DNA from: a virus | Virus record (IMG/VR): IMGVR_UViG_3300034082_004296 | Location: 1-64,000 of that record | Direction: 5' to 3' (one strand) | DNA length: 64,000 bases | In this document: piece after piece, positions 8,872-18,560 of the stretch | Layout of the letters: each line of letters starts with the position of its first letter | Numbering within the stretch: position 1 is the first letter of the stretch | The notes under the pieces: model-generated | Seen by the model: the letters and a program-made list of their open reading frames with translations, nothing else | What the model was told of the DNA's origin: nothing | Databases searched by the model: none | Made by a program: the position numbers and the translations under genes

Positions 8872-10075
8872 ATCGGCTCCATTCTGAAAAACTTAAGACT
8901 TGATTTAAGCTCTCGCTAACCTGTCGAGAATCAACAAATATGTTTGCTGCGTCTTCTCTATTGATGATGAACGATGTGTCCCAGCCGCCAGTTCGTACGT
9001 ATGGAAACTCACTCGCTCTTGAATCAATCGCGATATCTGTCACGGTGCCTATGTTTACGAGCCAATCGCCGCTTCCCATCTCCTTGGCTAAAGTCACTTT
9101 ATCTCCCTTCTTGATCACTCTGTCAATCTGTATCGGAGTATTGAATACTGGCTTTTCCAACCAGTGCAACCATTTCTTACCGAGCTTGATCGCGATCTCG
9201 TTGCCAGTAGCTCCCTTTATTTGTCGTGATTGAACAATTGGCATGGCGCCCCAAGTATTAAACTTTTCGTTTCTTTCAAGCAACCAAACCTTGTCTGGAG
9301 TGACGTTCATCTGTCTTGGCACCGTCTCAAGACTAAATGAAGACTCTCGATTTGGATCAGGAATCAATTGAAAGGTCTCCTGTTGAGAGACTGTTGATTT
9401 ATTAATAAATTCATCCAACTGATCTCTAGAATCTCCTGAACTAATGTTTAGGTGGATAATCGAGATGCCTGCTGGAGTAAGGATTACTGAGTGACGTTTT
9501 TCTAGTTCTTCCTTTGAGTCAAGCTTAATTGAAAAGACTCTAGAGATCTTGGCAAGTTCGGCTTCCCTGTCCGCTAACATGTGTTCGATTGACTTATTGA
9601 TTAGGTATGCCTTTTCAGAAGGCTTATTACCATCCACATCATATAGTTTAATTGTAGAGACTTGTGAGCCTATCGTAAAGATCCAAAAACAGGTACCAGT
9701 ACGAAGCACTTCTTTTCCAGTAGATTTATCGGTCCTTTCGTATACTCTAAAGACTGGCAAAGCTTCTTTACCACTGGTCAGAGTCACCTTAGGTCGACCC
9801 AATCTAATGATACCAATGTAACCCGGCTTGATATCAGTATCGCTAAACACTTGACTCTTATCTGGATCAGCGATATTAGATAGTGCCTCTCTAAAAAACT
9901 GTTGGGTTTGTGAGATGTCAGAGCTAGTAGCTTCTACTTTTTCTCCCTTAGTATTAATAAAACCAATTACCTCCAGCTTAGCGAGCCTAGTGTTAGCTCT
10001 CTCTAAGTAGTGTTCTCCGCCCTCTCTCTTTAGAGTTATTGCCTCGTTTATGAAACTTTGAAAGTCCTTTATCAA
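8858..10075 (-). CDS. hypothetical virion cargo candidate
   Basis: MIKDFQSFINE leader and C-terminal VLSFSEW copy; late promoter 10095-10102. Confidence 0.7.
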   Translation of the reverse strand: MIKDFQSFINEAITLKREGGEHYLERANTRLAKLEVIGFINTKGEKVEATSSDISQTQQFFREALSNIADPDKSQVFSDTDIKPGYIGIIRLGRPKVTLTSGKEALPVFRVYERTDKSTGKEVLRTGTCFWIFTIGSQVSTIKLYDVDGNKPSEKAYLINKSIEHMLADREAELAKISRVFSIKLDSKEELEKRHSVILTPAGISIIHLNISSGDSRDQLDEFINKSTVSQQETFQLIPDPNRESSFSLETVPRQMNVTPDKVWLLERNEKFNTWGAMPIVQSRQIKGATGNEIAIKLGKKWLHWLEKPVFNTPIQIDRVIKKGDKVTLAKEMGSGDWLVNIGTVTDIAIDSRASEFPYVRTGGWDTSFIINREDAANIFVDSRQVSESLNQVLSFSEWSRFNLR

Positions 10076-10094
10076 AATAGAGAATAATTTTAAT

Positions 10095-10111
10095 TATTTA
10101 TCGAATAAATA
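10095..10111. promoter_or_regulatory. back-to-back divergent late promoters
   Basis: TATTTATC-G-AATAAATA between divergent ORFs 8858-10075 and 10129-11508. Confidence 0.65.
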
Positions 10112-10128
10112 ATAAAAAACTTCATACA

Positions 10129-11508
10129 ATGTCTAATCGAGATGTTTATTGTTCGCCTACATTTGAATCGTTTGCGATATTTGAAGACTCTAATCTAAGT
10201 CAATTAGGTCTTCCTAAAGATATGATCAGAAAGATCCACACTAAAGAGGAGCACTATACCGAAAAGTATCCTCAAATGGGTCATACATATAAGTCAAGGT
10301 CAGCTGTTCCGATGCCATATAAATATTTTATCCCATCTCCAGACATTGAGATTCCAGAACCAATTAAGTTAAGAGGTCGTAAGTCTAATCGCAGTCCATT
10401 CCAGGACAAGGAGGTTAGGAGTGAATATACTGATTTCGCATGGTATCTACAGTCCATTCCTTTTGGAGAGATCAGGATCTTTGTAGTAAATAAAGAGATT
10501 GATTTTTTTATGTTTCTATATCATAAACAAGCAAGTAAAGGTGCTACTGGAGAACAGTATGCAGTAATGGCTTGGGACCCAGAGAGAAAGAAGGTGGTTG
10601 ATTATGGATACTCTGAATTGACAACTAGTGGAGTTGATCGCGAGCAACTAAGAGGGGTTCACGATACTAAAGGAGGAAACACTAACGGTAAGATCCAAGA
10701 GTTTGTTAGAGCTATGACTCGACAAGGAGGAAAAAAATACGCTCCTTCTCTAGAGAAACCTCTATATGTTTATGCTCTACCGGTTTCTCCAAATTACGAA
10801 CCTCGAGTTACTAGAGAAGCTAGAACTGCAGCAAAAGGAGAGACGTTATCTACTGATTTCTTAAGGGTGTTTGCATCAAAATTTGCAAAGTTAGTATCAC
10901 GTGCAAATCCAAACATTCAAGAAAAACTTATAAATCAAATAGATGACATGACCTCTTCATATGGATCGAAGATTGAATTTGGTGAGGTCGCATCAGCATT
11001 AGGATCAAACCCAGGTAGTACTCAAACTTGGTTATATACAAAGTTTAGAGATTTTAGAAAAGAACTTTTTGAAGAGGGCCGAGGCCGAACTCAAGGAGCA
11101 CCTAGTGCATATACCAAGACTTCAGGATTTGAATTAGAAAAAGAATCAACTGAAGCAAACTCGATTGGGGTACCGACATATGGTACTAGATATCAGGTGA
11201 CCAAGAAAAAATTTAGTCCAGACGAAGAGTCAGTGGATGCTGAGACTGGTTACAGAGAGGCTCAGCCTGAAAAATACAAGAGAGAGTTACCAATAGCTGG
11301 TGAATACGCTTCTATTCCGAGTATTATTGCTGCTCACACACTAGACGGAGCGATCGATAAGTTCGCAGCATTCCTAGTGACTGGAAAGATTAAGACTCCA
11401 GAAATAAGCATTGCTGGAGCCCTAGGCATCACTATGGATGATACGGATGATGAGTTCAAAAGGACATCATCGGCTAAAGGAAAAGCTTCAGGAAACTGGT
11501 TATTTTAA
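10129..11508 (+). CDS. hypothetical late protein
   Basis: 459-aa ORF; PTFESFAIFE near N-terminus. Confidence 0.75.
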   Translation: MSNRDVYCSPTFESFAIFEDSNLSQLGLPKDMIRKIHTKEEHYTEKYPQMGHTYKSRSAVPMPYKYFIPSPDIEIPEPIKLRGRKSNRSPFQDKEVRSEYTDFAWYLQSIPFGEIRIFVVNKEIDFFMFLYHKQASKGATGEQYAVMAWDPERKKVVDYGYSELTTSGVDREQLRGVHDTKGGNTNGKIQEFVRAMTRQGGKKYAPSLEKPLYVYALPVSPNYEPRVTREARTAAKGETLSTDFLRVFASKFAKLVSRANPNIQEKLINQIDDMTSSYGSKIEFGEVASALGSNPGSTQTWLYTKFRDFRKELFEEGRGRTQGAPSAYTKTSGFELEKESTEANSIGVPTYGTRYQVTKKKFSPDEESVDAETGYREAQPEKYKRELPIAGEYASIPSIIAAHTLDGAIDKFAAFLVTGKIKTPEISIAGALGITMDDTDDEFKRTSSAKGKASGNWLF

Positions 11509-11510
11509 TC

Positions 11511-12128
11511 ATGAAACATATTCTTAACTTACAAAATTGGCGTAAACTTAATGAAGGAGTTGAGTCTACTGAGAGCATGACTGCTGCTGATATCACGGTA
11601 GATGAGCTTAAAAAAGCTAGTTCTGTCGTAAGTGGATTGGTACAGAGAGGATTTGCTAAAAATGAAGCAATTGCATTGGCCGGAAACATGTCAGTAGAAT
11701 CTAGATTTAAGACTGATGCGACTGATGGTCGGGCAGTTGGACTATGTCAATGGCAAGGAGATCGACTAAAGGCTCTAAAAGCATATGCCAAATCTAAAGG
11801 TTTAGATCATACCTCAATGTCAATACAATTAGACTTTATTAAGTATGAGATGAAAGATTACTACTTGCCGTATGTTCAGGGAGTTCCGAAAGATCTAGTA
11901 TACATTAATTCTGGGACAACATCTGCTCCGAAATATATTAAGACTAGAAAGGAACTTACTAAGACTAGTGCTGAATCTAGAAATTTTGAAAATGGAATAA
12001 AAGGAAAGACTACTGTATCTGATTTAACTGGATCATTGTGTGATAAAGTATTTAGACCAACTGCTTCCCTTTCTCATCGAGACAGAAGAATCGCAAATGC
12101 TTTGAAGATAAGTAAGACAGTCGGCTAG
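11511..12128 (+). CDS. phage tail lysozyme (Phage_lysozyme2-like) with capsid-targeting-like leader
   Basis: AGNMSVES...GLCQWQGDR...IQLDFIKYEM signature; MKHILNLQNWRKLNE leader. Confidence 0.8.
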   Translation: MKHILNLQNWRKLNEGVESTESMTAADITVDELKKASSVVSGLVQRGFAKNEAIALAGNMSVESRFKTDATDGRAVGLCQWQGDRLKALKAYAKSKGLDHTSMSIQLDFIKYEMKDYYLPYVQGVPKDLVYINSGTTSAPKYIKTRKELTKTSAESRNFENGIKGKTTVSDLTGSLCDKVFRPTASLSHRDRRIANALKISKTVG

Positions 12129-12616
12129 TCAACGTCTTCGATAAAGATTCCGTTTTGAGCTCTATAATCAAGTTCAGCAGAATACATCTTATTTGAAAAG
12201 CTGTCTCCCATGTTTCTCTCGGCATTGTATGTGATACATGCTTTTAACCAGGCATCACTCATCTTAGACATCGGTACCCAAGTCAACGGCTGACGTCCAT
12301 CTTTACCTCGACCTCCTCTGTGAAAATGCTCACGAATCACCTCAAACGGAGCGTCCTCATATACAGTAAGCTCAGTGTAGGCTAATGGATCCTTCCATGT
12401 TTTACCAATCAGTCCTAATAAGAACTTCTTTACTTTTATCATGGGTGACAGTTCAGTTGAGTGAACGTTTCTTCTTAAATACTCGTGACCGCCATCAACC
12501 ATGTATTCAAGACCGTTCTTGTCAACATATGTCACGTAATCGTGACGATGCATTGATTTAAGTATTGTGCCGTCTGGCGTCATGATTCTATTCAAGATTA
12601 TTCTAGGGTCTTCCAT
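12125..12616 (-). CDS. hypothetical phage protein
   Basis: 163-aa ORF, SMHRHDY...MVDGGHEYLRR. Confidence 0.7.
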   Translation of the reverse strand: MEDPRIILNRIMTPDGTILKSMHRHDYVTYVDKNGLEYMVDGGHEYLRRNVHSTELSPMIKVKKFLLGLIGKTWKDPLAYTELTVYEDAPFEVIREHFHRGGRGKDGRQPLTWVPMSKMSDAWLKACITYNAERNMGDSFSNKMYSAELDYRAQNGIFIEDVD

Positions 12617-12617
12617 T

Positions 12618-12818
12618 TTAATTTATTTTTATTTTATATCTTATCTCAACATCCTGCTTAGTACCTATCTCCACCTTACCTAGTGAAAACTCATAAGCAT
12701 CTTCATGTAACACCATGTACATGTCTTTAAATCCTGTCTTGATCACGTGGATCAATTCGGGTTCATCGACTAACTGAAAGCACTGAGCTGTGCTCTTGAT
12801 CTCTTTCCAATCCATCAT
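12618..12818 (-). CDS. hypothetical protein
   Basis: 66-aa ORF in minus-strand operon. Confidence 0.6.
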   Translation of the reverse strand: MMDWKEIKSTAQCFQLVDEPELIHVIKTGFKDMYMVLHEDAYEFSLGKVEIGTKQDVEIRYKIKIN

Positions 12819-13207
12819 TTTTCTATTATAGTTGCATGTAAAACATATTCTGAATTCTTGGTCTTAAAGTGCACTTTGCGATGACCTTTAGTCTTCTTGT
12901 CCTCCAAGATCTCAACGATCTCAGTGGTCATCCATCGATAACTTGAAACAGATTCCTCCATAGCTTTGATCGTGTGTGGATCTAAGCACAAGCTAAATCC
13001 TACTTGCGGGTCCTGATGAACCGCCTTGCCGAAGCCTTCTTCAGTCCATTCGATCCATACTATCTTATTACCAACATTGCTTCGCCCATCGCCTATCCTC
13101 TTAAGGAATATTGGATAGTTACAAATATCACACTTATTACAGACAGTATCGTGTAACTTTTGGCGATGTTCTGTTACCTTTTCACAAGACGTACAGTATA
13201 TTTTCAT
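12815..13207 (-). CDS. hypothetical protein with N-terminal zinc finger
   Basis: CTSC...CNKC. Confidence 0.65.
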   Translation of the reverse strand: MKIYCTSCEKVTEHRQKLHDTVCNKCDICNYPIFLKRIGDGRSNVGNKIVWIEWTEEGFGKAVHQDPQVGFSLCLDPHTIKAMEESVSSYRWMTTEIVEILEDKKTKGHRKVHFKTKNSEYVLHATIIEK

Positions 13208-13228
13208 AGTTATCAGTTATTAATGTGA

Positions 13229-13310
13229 TCCTCGCTTTGCCCGAAAAAGAGCTTGCGATTAACAAGCTCTCGTCGGTATATTGGCGACTGTCAAGGCAGT
13301 CGGAGGTTGC
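13229..13310 (-). ncRNA. candidate small structured RNA / attenuator leader
   Basis: GC-rich intergenic; hairpins CGACUG/CAGUCG and AGAGCUUG/CAAGCUCU+U-run; TATAAT at 13317-13322. Confidence 0.4.
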
Positions 13311-13325
13311 TTAGTTATTATACTA

Positions 13326-13694
13326 TTATTCTCTAAAAGATAAAATCTTTTTTGTATATTCTATCAAGTCTGACCAGATTCCTCTGAACGTGACTGCTCG
13401 AACCTTTCGATTATCGATCCAAATATATTCTTCCCCGTCCTTGATCCTGGGCTTGTCCATTACTAGCGAATGATATTGAAAACCTTCACGACGAAGCCAT
13501 AATTCAGTAACTGCACGATCCTTAGACTCTCGAGCAGTAAAGAAGTGAACTTGTGCGCCAGCTTCATACCAAGCATTGCATCTTTCAAGAGCACCTTCAA
13601 TAGGGTTAGCTAAAAAATATAGGTGAGAGTCCTCGTTCTTGATATCTTCGCATATCGTACCATCGATATCAATTAGCAGTATGTACTTCTTCAT
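13326..13694 (-). CDS. HAD-superfamily phosphatase
   Basis: IDIDGT, FTAR, MDKP, WIDN motifs. Confidence 0.8.
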   Translation of the reverse strand: MKKYILLIDIDGTICEDIKNEDSHLYFLANPIEGALERCNAWYEAGAQVHFFTARESKDRAVTELWLRREGFQYHSLVMDKPRIKDGEEYIWIDNRKVRAVTFRGIWSDLIEYTKKILSFRE

Positions 13695-13947
13695 TAGTTA
13701 AGTGTATTGGGCTTTTGCAGTCACCTTTATGGGATCCCCAGCGATTACCTCCAATTCCTACTACTATATACTCACAGCCGTCTAGTGTATAGATCTCATA
13801 TTGTCGAGTATAGTCGTGAGAAGATTTTTCTAGGGTCTTAATAGGCAGGCGTCGGTGAGCATCTTTTTCTTTTTTAGAATCACATGAATGGACTCCAAAA
13901 AGGACTGCACTAAATATGATTATCCTCTTCATACTGGTCTTATACAA
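13669..13947 (-). CDS. putative lipoprotein
   Basis: hydrophobic N-terminus ending VHSC. Confidence 0.5.
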   Translation of the reverse strand: MYKTSMKRIIIFSAVLFGVHSCDSKKEKDAHRRLPIKTLEKSSHDYTRQYEIYTLDGCEYIVVGIGGNRWGSHKGDCKSPIHLTNEEVHTAN

Positions 13948-14238
13948 TCAGTTAGAACTAAGGTTTTTATAAAAGTCCTTGCCTGAGCCCTCAATATAGT
14001 GTACTGCCATTCCAGTAGGAGTATGTAGCTCAATAAACATTGGCTTGCCAGTATAGGTACAAAACTCAGTAATGTTGTCAAGATTAGTAAGTTCAATCAA
14101 GAAGTTTCGGTTTTCTCCGAGTATCTTGATTGAGGCATCAGTAAGATCAAGCTCGTCCGATATCGTGATCTTAATGCAGCCGATGTCAGTGACAATCGCC
14201 TTAAAATCATTGAGTTCGGGTTTGGTGTGTTTTTCCAC
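13948..14238 (-). CDS. hypothetical protein
   Basis: 96-aa ORF, GTG start. Confidence 0.55.
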   Translation of the reverse strand: MEKHTKPELNDFKAIVTDIGCIKITISDELDLTDASIKILGENRNFLIELTNLDNITEFCTYTGKPMFIELHTPTGMAVHYIEGSGKDFYKNLSSN

Positions 14239-14268
14239 TCTAAGGTAGATTTTTTATTATTTATGCTA

Positions 14269-14306
14269 AATATACTCTAAAAGTAAAGAGTATTAAAAGA
14301 TAAATA
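14269..14306. promoter_or_regulatory. divergent early (minus) and late (plus) promoters
   Basis: TTTAAT-N17-TATATT on minus (14269-14297) abutting GATAAATA (14299-14306). Confidence 0.5.
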
Positions 14307-14326
14307 ACTAAAAATAACTAAATAGT

Positions 14327-15148
14327 ATGTCGTTTATCAATTGGGGTCATGAAAGCCCAGAACAGAAGAAGATACGCAGGAGGTTTGAGGAAGAACAGGC
14401 GATCTTTGAACAGAGAGCCGCTGCTGTTTCTGCGGCCGCTGCAGCTGCCGCTGGAAGTTCAATTAAACCTGGAATAAGCGTGCCAGCATACTGTGGAGGA
14501 GAAAAAATAGTACTTGACTTTGTAGCTATTGATTTTGATCTCTTAACAAGTAAAAAGTTTAAATTAACTGATTCTGACCTTGATAACTATGATAACTTAC
14601 AAGAGGACTTAGATACTCAGTTTAGGGCGGACCGTAATCAATACCTTAAGCGGCAGAATGCAAATAGATTCTTCCAAGAGGTAGGGCGAGTAAGCTCGAT
14701 CCAGCCAGAACTCCCATTGCCTACTCCAACTATCTATCATAAAGGTTTGACAATGACTTCTCCTTTTACTCGACGTCTTCCGGTGACAGAGTATCCGGAA
14801 TGGACCGAACTCAAAGGGGATCCTGAATCAAGCGCTTCTCAAAAGATGCCCAACGTAGAGTACATAAATTACCTAGAAGAGGTTGAACTGATCTTGGATC
14901 TGCCTTCTAGTGGATCACCGGGTGATGCGGTTTGGTGTATCGAAGATTCGACTTTTTATGCATGGGATCAGGGGGCTGGAGAGTTTTCAGCAGAGTTTCA
15001 TGAGCTGTGGCTCGAGCCGATTCGTCAGGCACAAAACTCTACTCGTGACTCGGCAGCGAAAAGCAAATTTGAGTTGATTCTCGCGTCTCGACCTTTCATG
15101 GCTGCCGCCAAGTATCTATTGGATTATAAACTAAAAAATAAATTTTAA
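14327..15148 (+). CDS. MSFINWG-leader family protein 3
   Basis: same leader; body contains DLPSSGSPGDAVW...FYAWD, a motif type seen in fibre proteins. Confidence 0.8.
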   Translation: MSFINWGHESPEQKKIRRRFEEEQAIFEQRAAAVSAAAAAAAGSSIKPGISVPAYCGGEKIVLDFVAIDFDLLTSKKFKLTDSDLDNYDNLQEDLDTQFRADRNQYLKRQNANRFFQEVGRVSSIQPELPLPTPTIYHKGLTMTSPFTRRLPVTEYPEWTELKGDPESSASQKMPNVEYINYLEEVELILDLPSSGSPGDAVWCIEDSTFYAWDQGAGEFSAEFHELWLEPIRQAQNSTRDSAAKSKFELILASRPFMAAAKYLLDYKLKNKF

Positions 15149-15152
15149 ACTT

Positions 15153-15536
15153 ATGTTATTTGACATGCAAGACTACGTTAACTCGGGAATTATCGGACCT
15201 AATCAGACTCCAATGACTTCTCAAGATTGGGAGGACATGATGGTCACAGCCGAAGCGACTCTAGGCGCATTCAATAAGTCAGTTTTTGGTTATATTACGT
15301 ACGCAAATATCGCTAGCTCTCCTTGTAGTGACCAACTAGCTGAATTATTGCAGCAACGACTTGACACATACAATGAATATTACGCACAGTTACAAAGTTT
15401 TAAGCAAGCGCTGATGGACGACACTGCAACAAAGGATCAGTACAAAGCCTATTCTACTGCCTTTGATACTTATGTAGAATCAGTAAGATCGATCGTTGCC
15501 ATTCTAGATGGAGACAAGTTTAAGATCACTAACTAG
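15153..15536 (+). CDS. hypothetical helical protein
   Basis: 127-aa ORF following MSFINWG gene. Confidence 0.65.
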   Translation: MLFDMQDYVNSGIIGPNQTPMTSQDWEDMMVTAEATLGAFNKSVFGYITYANIASSPCSDQLAELLQQRLDTYNEYYAQLQSFKQALMDDTATKDQYKAYSTAFDTYVESVRSIVAILDGDKFKITN

Positions 15537-16077
15537 ACAGACTGACCTGAGCCAGTTTAGAAGTCTCATACGATCAGTTAGACCAGATATCTCAGAAAGC
15601 GTCTTAATTAGCCTTGAAAAAATCATTGACTCGTCAGACTGTAAGAACATTAGGTTTGAGAAGATGTCTAGTCGTGCGGCAGGAATCTCCAAGACTGATG
15701 AATGTGTGATCAGCACCAACGTATTGACTCTACCTATAGAGTATCTAGTCTACATCATCCTACATGAAGTATCACACCAACATCAGTATCATAAGTACGG
15801 AAAGGATTATGTGCTAGATGTATACGATGGGACCCTATCACTAGACGAGGCTACTCTTAAGCTTTTACGTGTTGAACAGATCGCAGATAGATTAGCTATC
15901 TGGAGAATGAGAGGAATGGGACTAAATAGAGTAAAACCTCGATATTTGGGATTGACTGATACTAATCAGATTAAGAATCATCTAAGTAAAATTAGAAAAG
16001 ATGTTATGATGATGGGTCTCACATCTATAGAAGAGATAAACGATCACATTCATCGATCAATCAACAGAGAAACTTAG
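15508..16077 (+). CDS. putative zinc metallopeptidase-like protein
   Basis: IILHEVSH (HExxH) and downstream EQIAD. Confidence 0.55.
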   Translation: METSLRSLTRQTDLSQFRSLIRSVRPDISESVLISLEKIIDSSDCKNIRFEKMSSRAAGISKTDECVISTNVLTLPIEYLVYIILHEVSHQHQYHKYGKDYVLDVYDGTLSLDEATLKLLRVEQIADRLAIWRMRGMGLNRVKPRYLGLTDTNQIKNHLSKIRKDVMMMGLTSIEEINDHIHRSINRET

Positions 16078-16121
16078 ATTTTTTTACTAAATTTAGATAA
16101 ATAACTAAAAAGAAAAAGATT

Positions 16122-16709
16122 ATGTCAAATATTTTAAATTTTAAGAATTGGCTTAATGAGTCTAGGCTGATTAATGAAGCAACTGACGATGCTACTACTG
16201 AGATCAATGGATGGTTTAGAAAAGTAGTAAAAGATGAATATGGAGGATTAGATATTTATCCAACATTAGCTTTCTGTTCATATGTGTCTGACGGACAAGC
16301 AAAAATTAACGCAGGATACTATGCTAATTGGATAAAGGCTGGAGCCACTGAAAAAGCAGCAGAACCATATGATATCTTAGCTATTTTTAGATCAGCTATC
16401 CGAATTTCAAATATTCCAAAATTACAAACTAAAGATGCTAACTCACTGCACGCAGCGATTCAAGGACAAATAGACAAAAAAATAAGTGATATAATTAATT
16501 ATGCACCAATGGGGACAGGCATGCCACTGGGAAAAGATGCACAAGCAATAAAATTATTATCTGGTAAAAAATCTACATATCCATATTACAATTACAAATT
16601 GAAAAAGCAGGTACAGGGAGGAGTTCCATGCACTGATGCTACATATACTGGGCCTGGAAAAGGAACTTTATATCAATTAGCATTAGAAGTAGCAGCTCCT
16701 TATTTTTAA
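16122..16709 (+). CDS. capsid-targeting-like leader protein A1
   Basis: MSNILNFKNWLNE; late promoter 16096-16103. Confidence 0.75.
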   Translation: MSNILNFKNWLNESRLINEATDDATTEINGWFRKVVKDEYGGLDIYPTLAFCSYVSDGQAKINAGYYANWIKAGATEKAAEPYDILAIFRSAIRISNIPKLQTKDANSLHAAIQGQIDKKISDIINYAPMGTGMPLGKDAQAIKLLSGKKSTYPYYNYKLKKQVQGGVPCTDATYTGPGKGTLYQLALEVAAPYF

Positions 16710-16727
16710 TTAAATCTTAAATCAAAT

Positions 16728-16758
16728 AAAAAAGCCCTAATTTCTCAGGGCTTTTTTT
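16728..16758. terminator. bidirectional intrinsic terminator
   Basis: A-run-agccct-aatttctc-agggct-T-run between convergent genes. Confidence 0.75.
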
Positions 16759-16775
16759 GCATTATAAATATTTAA

Positions 16776-17219
16776 TTATTTTGAATAATTAATAGCATAA
16801 ATACTATGAATAAAATTAGGTTCAATCTTCGTTTCAATATTAAAAAAGATGATCTTATTAGATTCTGGGTAAATATTACAGAAATTCCAGAAATCTCCAT
16901 CACCTAATGTCAATTTAATCATATCATCTACTCTTTCGATATTCGATATTTTTACATCCTTAATAAAATTAAACTTATTATCTGAAAAGTGAAATTCATT
17001 TACTTGTAAATTATTTTTATCAAGATCAAAGACTAAGTTAACATCCCAAGGAATAATTGCAGGCTCAGATAATTCAGAAGGTTCAACTAATGATGAAGAT
17101 TTAATATCAGCAGGTTCGTCAAATTGGACTTGGTAAAATAAATCTGACTTGATTTCGATCTTTTGTGCATTACCAAAAGTTCCGATCAATAATGCTAAAG
17201 CTAAAACTAATTTTTTCAT
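16776..17219 (-). CDS. secreted protein B1 (signal peptide)
   Basis: MKKLVLALALLIGTFGNA|Q; paralog of 17878-18297. Confidence 0.75.
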   Translation of the reverse strand: MKKLVLALALLIGTFGNAQKIEIKSDLFYQVQFDEPADIKSSSLVEPSELSEPAIIPWDVNLVFDLDKNNLQVNEFHFSDNKFNFIKDVKISNIERVDDMIKLTLGDGDFWNFCNIYPESNKIIFFNIETKIEPNFIHSIYAINYSK

Positions 17220-17250
17220 GACTCTTTATTTTAATTGGTTATATAGCTAT
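17203..17250. repeat. 48-bp direct repeat, copy 1 (copy 2 at 18281-18328)
   Basis: aaaactaattttttcatgactctttattttaattggttatatagctat identical; covers 5' UTR and start of B genes. Confidence 0.9.
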
Positions 17251-17286
17251 TATACTTAAAAAAAAAGTAGTTTTAAAAGATAAATA
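17249..17286. promoter_or_regulatory. divergent early (minus) and late (plus) promoters
   Basis: TTTAAA-N17-TATAAT on minus (17249-17277) abutting GATAAATA (17279-17286). Confidence 0.6.
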
Positions 17287-17303
17287 ACTAAAAATAAAAG
17301 ACT

Positions 17304-17870
17304 ATGTCAAATATTTTAAATTTTAAGAATTGGCTCCGAGTTAATGAGGATACTACTACTACAACAAATACTAAACCGGGAAATGAAGCTCCAAATTATT
17401 GGTTTTCTAAATTAGAAAAAATAGTTAGTTCTAGTGAAATTTGTTTTAAATTTAGTTATGCTGAAAAAGATAAAGTATATAATAGCTTAGAAATGTCCAC
17501 TGGTCAAGCAAATAGAGAAAGGCAACTATTAGAGATTGCAATACCTTTGAAAGGAGTTGATAACTACTATACATTAAATAGATATTTACTTGATGGAACA
17601 TGTGGATATCCTAGGACTGACTTTGATACGACGAAAACTACTGAACAATTAATGAATCCTGTGACCTTTGGGATCAGAAATGGAGCAGGTCCATTAGCTA
17701 AAAAGACACCGGCTCAAGTAATAGATCATCTCTCAAAAATACCAGCTTATGGAAAAACTCAGAGTGGAAAGCCTTGGGGAACACAATATGGAGATGCAAA
17801 ATACGTATGGAACTTAATGTTATATATGATGGTTAAAGCAGGTCTAGGTAAGTCTCCAAGCGAAGCATAA
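17304..17870 (+). CDS. capsid-targeting-like leader protein A2
   Basis: MSNILNFKNWLRVNE; 33 nt identical to A1 start (16121-16153 vs 17303-17335). Confidence 0.75.
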   Translation: MSNILNFKNWLRVNEDTTTTTNTKPGNEAPNYWFSKLEKIVSSSEICFKFSYAEKDKVYNSLEMSTGQANRERQLLEIAIPLKGVDNYYTLNRYLLDGTCGYPRTDFDTTKTTEQLMNPVTFGIRNGAGPLAKKTPAQVIDHLSKIPAYGKTQSGKPWGTQYGDAKYVWNLMLYMMVKAGLGKSPSEA

Positions 17871-17877
17871 TTAATTT

Positions 17878-18297
17878 TTAATAGAATTTTTTAACATCAT
17901 AACGAGTAATATAAGTTCCTTCTAATTTATTATCAATGATATTATAAAAGATGATCTTTTTAGATTTTTTAAATATTCTACAGTATTTATAGAAAGGAAA
18001 ATCATATGCGATTTCCAAATCAATGTAATTTTTATTTTTAGTAACGTTAGCTATATTACCATGAAACGATGAGTTTATTAATAGAACACTATTATTAAGA
18101 TCAAAACAAATACTCACATTAATCATGTCTAGAGTAGAATCCTCAAAACTAATATCAATCGGCATTAGCTTTTTTTCGATTTGATCCTTATCTAAACTTA
18201 ATGATATTAAATTAGAGTATTGATTATTTGCTACAATCTCTTGACAATTACTAAAAGTCCCGATTAATAACGCGAATGCAAAAACTAATTTTTTCAT
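17878..18297 (-). CDS. secreted protein B2 (signal peptide)
   Basis: MKKLVFAFALLIGTFSNC|Q; shares FDL..N and KIIFxNI with B1. Confidence 0.75.
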   Translation of the reverse strand: MKKLVFAFALLIGTFSNCQEIVANNQYSNLISLSLDKDQIEKKLMPIDISFEDSTLDMINVSICFDLNNSVLLINSSFHGNIANVTKNKNYIDLEIAYDFPFYKYCRIFKKSKKIIFYNIIDNKLEGTYITRYDVKKFY

Positions 18298-18361
18298 GAC
18301 TCTTTATTTTAATTGGTTATATAGCTATAATACTAAAAAAAGAGTAGCTTTAAAACAGTCT

Positions 18362-18559
18362 CTATTCTTCTTCCATTTTTAATTTTTGATTACCGTCCGC
18401 GTCACAGTGTGGTGGAGGGTACCCATGTTTGCTAATCGTTCTGTGTCTCCAAAATGAGGCCCAGTTCTTGATAATAATGTTGGCGACTGCTGAGACTAAG
18501 ATCAAGACTCCGATAAAGTGCCAAAATGATCTAAACGTAAATTCTAAAAATGTCATCAT
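18362..18559 (-). CDS. small membrane protein
   Basis: likely start MMTFLEF; one TM segment; HGYPPPHCDADG tail. Confidence 0.6.
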   Translation of the reverse strand: MMTFLEFTFRSFWHFIGVLILVSAVANIIIKNWASFWRHRTISKHGYPPPHCDADGNQKLKMEEE

Positions 18560-18560
18560 G

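Noticed and set aside
13229-13310. Possible tRNA, hammerhead ribozyme or c-di-GMP riboswitch
   Set aside because: No cloverleaf or TTCGA T-loop, no CUGANGA/GAAA core, and GCAAAGC is not in the riboswitch arrangement; kept only as an unclassified RNA candidate
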